From assembly GCA_001662655.1 (NCBI GenBank), contig KV460242.1: DNA of 64,000 bases. The stretch is one strand, 5' to 3'. Source of the DNA: Pseudogymnoascus verrucosus. Its lineage: Eukaryota. Made by a program: the position numbers and the translations under genes. Below the pieces are notes generated by a model. The model worked only from the letters and a program-made list of their open reading frames with translations, was not told the DNA's origin and made no database searches. This document shows, one piece after another, positions 60,297 to 64,000 of this stretch (the first letter of the stretch is position 1; every line of letters begins with the position of its first letter).

Positions 60297-61322
60297 ATGG
60301 TTTCTGGGAATCGATTGAGAAATGTTGCTATCGTTGGCGTAGGTCGCCTAACCGAACTCTTGAGTTCTCACTTTCCGTCGATTTTCTAACAGCACATATA
60401 GGCGGGAGGCAATAGCGGCCGAGGCATAACAGAATATCTGCTCAAAACCGGCAAGCATATTGTCTCCGCTATAACCAGACTGGACAGCACCACCCCGCTT
60501 CCGAAAGGTGTGAAGGTCACAAAGGTTGACTATAACAATCATCAATCCCTCGTCGACGGTTTTCAGGGCCAAGATGTCCTCGTTATCACCCTTCATCAAT
60601 TTGTGACGCCAGATATCCAGTCCAAACTCATCAAGGCCGCGGGTGATGCCGGGGTACCATGGGTTCTTCCAAACGAGTGGAGTCCAGACACTGCCAACGA
60701 AGACCTAAGCAGGGACGTCTCAGTATTCCGCTCCAAGCGAGAGGCCGCTGAGGAAATTGCCAAATTGGGCAAAAGCTCTTACATCGCTATTAACACTGGC
60801 TTCTGGTACGAAATGTGCCTTGCTAACCCTCTTGCCTTTGGCTTCGACTTTGAGAAACAGTCTGTCTCTTTCTATGATGATGGCGAGACTTTGGTCAGCA
60901 TGAGCACCTTCGCCCAAGTTGGCCGTGCTGTCGCTGCTCTGTTGAGTCTTCCGGTCCAGCCAGAAGGAGATGAGACGCGCTGCTTAGAGCACTTCAGAAA
61001 CCGGAACGTGTACGTTTCGTCTTTCACGATCAGCCAGAAGGATATCCTTGGATCTGTCTTGCGCGTCACTGGAACAAATACACCGGACTGGACGGTCACC
61101 AAGGTGTCTTCGGGAGAGCGTTATCAGACAGGTCTCGACGAAATGCGAGGGGGAAATATGGCTGGATTTCCGAAAATGATGTTCTCCAGAGTGTTCTATC
61201 CTGACGACTCCGGGAACTATGAGAAGATCAGAGGCACGAGCAATCAGCTTCTTAGATTGCCAAAGGAGAGCCTGGATGAGGCTACGGAAACTGTTATCAA
61301 ATTGATAAAGGCAGTGAAATAG
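60297..61322 (+). CDS. NmrA/isoflavone-reductase-like oxidoreductase (CipA-like), intron 60339..60401
   Basis: NVAIVG|AGGNSG Rossmann motif; LIKAAGDAGVPWVLPNEW; GFWYE; QVGRAVAALLSLP. Confidence 0.92.
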
Positions 61323-61649
61323 GGCTGAGTCCTCCAGTAGAGAGCACCACCGTGATGCGACATAAGTTATATAATAAATCACTATTTATTAGCATTCTTG
61401 AATAAAATCAGCTCTAGCAGAAACCCTTATCACAGAGTGGCACACCAAATAATACATACCTTCCAAATGATCTCTTTACTATACTACCCTCTACCTCCTT
61501 ACCTAGGACCTTATTACGCCTTAATTCATATATACACCACACACATATACTTTTGAATACGGCGCTTATCCCAGTGGTGTAATCGCTGCAATTAATGTGA
61601 GTAATAATACCGTGTTGGGAAGTGCCTCTCTCCCGCATTTATCTTTCAC

Positions 61650-62645
61650 GACCGGGAGACCTTAAGCCATATAGATCGAGGCCCATTCAAGAACGATGAT
61701 GAATATTATCAGGCGCTGATTTCAGTGTTTCTTGTTCATGTTCAAGAGCTCAGGCTCTAACACAACGTCTCTTTTGCACCGATTCCATTTCTCGAAGGCT
61801 TCGAAACTTCTCAAAGCAGACGTTCTGCGGTTAGTCGATGGCAAGATTTTGTCAAGATCGGTGGTAAAATTGACAGTGGTCAAAACAGACTAGACTATTG
61901 CACAGCTGGCTAGTTTCTGCAACAAATGATTCCATTTCTCAGTGGAGACCTAATTGAAGCACAGTTAAGGCCAACAATTAATGGGTTTCCGCTCTGCCAT
62001 CCTGATCTCAGTGCAAGTAACATCTTTGTCGATAATGACCTTAATATTACTTGCATCATTGACTGGGCATTTGAATCTACCGTTCCTGTCTCCACGGCTC
62101 TTATGACGCCAGGTCTACCGCATCCTCGGGATGGCACAGAACCGTACCTCGACTCAGCGTTCAAGTCTGGTTTCATTACCAACGGCATCTACAACGAGGC
62201 AAAGCTCGATTTCAGGCTATGGAAATGCACTCGTAGGGCATGGCTCTTTACCCGCCTAACTATTCTCAATGGCATACAGGATTACTGCTATTTTAAGGAA
62301 CTGTACACATCGGCCTATAAACCAGCAGAGGGAATCAATATACCTGCTCTTTTCAAAGCATCGCAGAAAGGCCACAAGCTTATTGAGCTTGCTAAAGAGC
62401 TGGCAGATGACGAAGAATGGGCACCTGAGATCCTGAAAGACGAAGAGGACTACTTTTCTGTCATTGGCAAGATGGAGACACCTGATGTGGGGAGGAAAGA
62501 AGCTGCCCTAATAGGCATTGAGAGACGTGCAATAGCGAGGAAGATCACCATGGTTTCAGGACTAAGCCAAGATTTTGTGGCGGACGAGAGGCTTTGGCGC
62601 TGGATTGAGAAAATGAAGAGAGACCGGTCAATTTATGCCACTTAA
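61650..62645 (+). pseudogene. 5'-truncated APH-like (choline/aminoglycoside) kinase pseudogene
   Basis: DRGPF; HPDLSASNIFVD; CIIDWAF. In-frame stops at about 61758 and 61910. No N-lobe. Confidence 0.75.
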
Positions 62646-63045
62646 GCCTCTTTATATCCCATCTACTCTATCGTGTGTAGAAGTTTTGTCAATCGCTAGC
62701 AGAAGGTTAGAGTTCGTTAGTCACTGGCGAAATTCAAGTTATTTGTAAGAGAACAAAACTTCAACAGTGCATTATGAGAGCTATCCCGTCCCTTGGTATC
62801 TCATGGGATCCAACTATAGTATACTAAAGTATAACACGCACACCTGCCCGCCAGCCCGTCAAGGGAATTGACAAGGATATAAGTGACTTAAGGCACTGTC
62901 GACGCATTTGGTGCTTCTAGTGTGTGCCATGCTTTTTTCTTCTATCGATTTCTCTCCACAATTATATTTAAATTAGAAGTCTAGAAGTAAATTAAAAAGG
63001 TTGGCAGCTTAACATTGAATTTAAAAGGATGGACACTCACACACC

Positions 63046-64000
63046 TCACAATGCTGGACGCGGAACGTTCCAGAATAGATCAAATGTATGTCTCGGAGTT
63101 AAAAACTTCTCGAAATCAATTTGTTTTCCTTCGTACGCAGCTCTGATAGACCCTGCTTCGAATTCCACAGGAGTGTATGGATAATGAGCATCAAATCTAT
63201 GATAGACATGGTTCGCATATCTTGGATCAGATAGATTCCGACCCTCACCCAAGTCCAGCCAACGAGTTAGTATCAATGCTACGCCATTTTTCAAAAAATT
63301 CTTGACGTCAATTTGGAACTCAGTAGGGCAGATGTCGCACTGGAATAGGCCCGAACATGTCGGACACCTGGAATTCAGCCACAAGTCATCCCAGTGGCTT
63401 ACTCGACAGGCTATCTTTTTATCCAATCTTGAGGGCCTATAGTAGTTGGAGTGCCAATGCGGACAGACATTGCTGGGTATCATTTTGGGGACTATAACCG
63501 CGTACCGGACTGGGAGCAGAATCCAAAGCTGATGGCGTAAAATAAAATGACCATTTACAATCCGAGGTGTAGACTCCCATCGGTAGGTATACCCGAAGCT
63601 TATTGAGGATCGAGATTTGGTCAACATGGAAAGATGCACACTGGAGTCGAGGCCATGACGATGAAGCTTCATAGCCGACTGAAATGCGATAGAGCTGAAT
63701 CCCCTATAGATATTGATGTGCACATCTAAAGACATATCTTTCAGTGTACACTTCGCTCGTTTTGCACCAGACCATCGGGAGTCGTATCGCCACTTTGTAC
63801 TGCTATGAAGCAACTGACAGTCGTAGCACAAGATTTGACGGGGTAGATCCCTTCCTAAGGGTTCTAAGAATGCCATTCGATCAGGTTCACGGCCCTTGGC
63901 ATTCAGCCGATCAAGATACTGGTTTCCCAAGATATACCAGACTGGCCGACATGTCAGGGTAAAAGAGGCTGCGGCTTGGAGAGGCAGGAATTCCGCAATG
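63046..64000 (-). CDS. F-box-containing protein (5' end beyond window)
   Basis: IAEFLPLQAAASFTLTC F-box tail at the window edge; CYDCQLLH; CDICPTEF; TRWLDLG. Confidence 0.72.
   Translation of the reverse strand, partial: IAEFLPLQAAASFTLTCRPVWYILGNQYLDRLNAKGREPDRMAFLEPLGRDLPRQILCYDCQLLHSSTKWRYDSRWSGAKRAKCTLKDMSLDVHINIYRGFSSIAFQSAMKLHRHGLDSSVHLSMLTKSRSSISFGYTYRWESTPRIVNGHFILRHQLWILLPVRYAVIVPKMIPSNVCPHWHSNYYRPSRLDKKIACRVSHWDDLWLNSRCPTCSGLFQCDICPTEFQIDVKNFLKNGVALILTRWLDLGEGRNLSDPRYANHVYHRFDAHYPYTPVEFEAGSIRAAYEGKQIDFEKFLTPRHTFDLFWNVPRPAL

Noticed and set aside
29838..61322. Secondary-metabolite biosynthetic cluster
   Set aside because: No PKS, NRPS, terpene synthase or DMATS backbone gene is present. 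The tailoring-type genes are scattered among pseudogenes.
24064..64000. Starship or other giant transposon
   Set aside because: No tyrosine recombinase (DUF3435) captain or element boundaries are visible in this window. It cannot be excluded beyond the window.

Overview
Filamentous ascomycete genomic DNA with short GT-AG introns and CTRAC branch points. Gene style suggests a Leotiomycete, but that is inference only. The window has two halves. Positions 1-24 kb are GC-rich and gene-dense, with intact genes: EthD protein, FAD/BBE oxidoreductase, PTH11-like membrane protein, head-to-head DBP10/DBP4 helicases, FAD synthetase, DUF202 protein, MATE transporter, zinc-finger-like protein and secreted beta-lactamase-like hydrolase. 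Positions 24-64 kb are an accessory patchwork of gene fragments, RIP-like mutated pseudogenes (PL20 glucuronan lyase, APH-like kinases, TPR-RING), a solo LTR, a Tc1/mariner-type MITE, hAT/Fot1 relics and several inverted repeats. Islands of intact small detox/redox genes survive there (alpha/beta hydrolase, SDR, sterol UGT, GST, CipA/NmrA), along with two Fungal_trans_2-type regulators that lack a Zn2Cys6 cluster. The most striking signal is an extended Mcm1/CArG-like motif, CATTWTCC-N3-TTAGGMAAT. It recurs about a dozen times in at least three otherwise unrelated sequence contexts near the detox genes. Both Zn-cluster-less regulators carry an N-terminal L-x-F-[VI]-x-x-T strand followed by a basic helix, reminiscent of the Mcm1-docking strand of MATalpha2. 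This suggests, as a hypothesis only, an Mcm1-cofactor sensor/detox cassette system. All calls were made by eye without database searches, and exon boundaries are manual.
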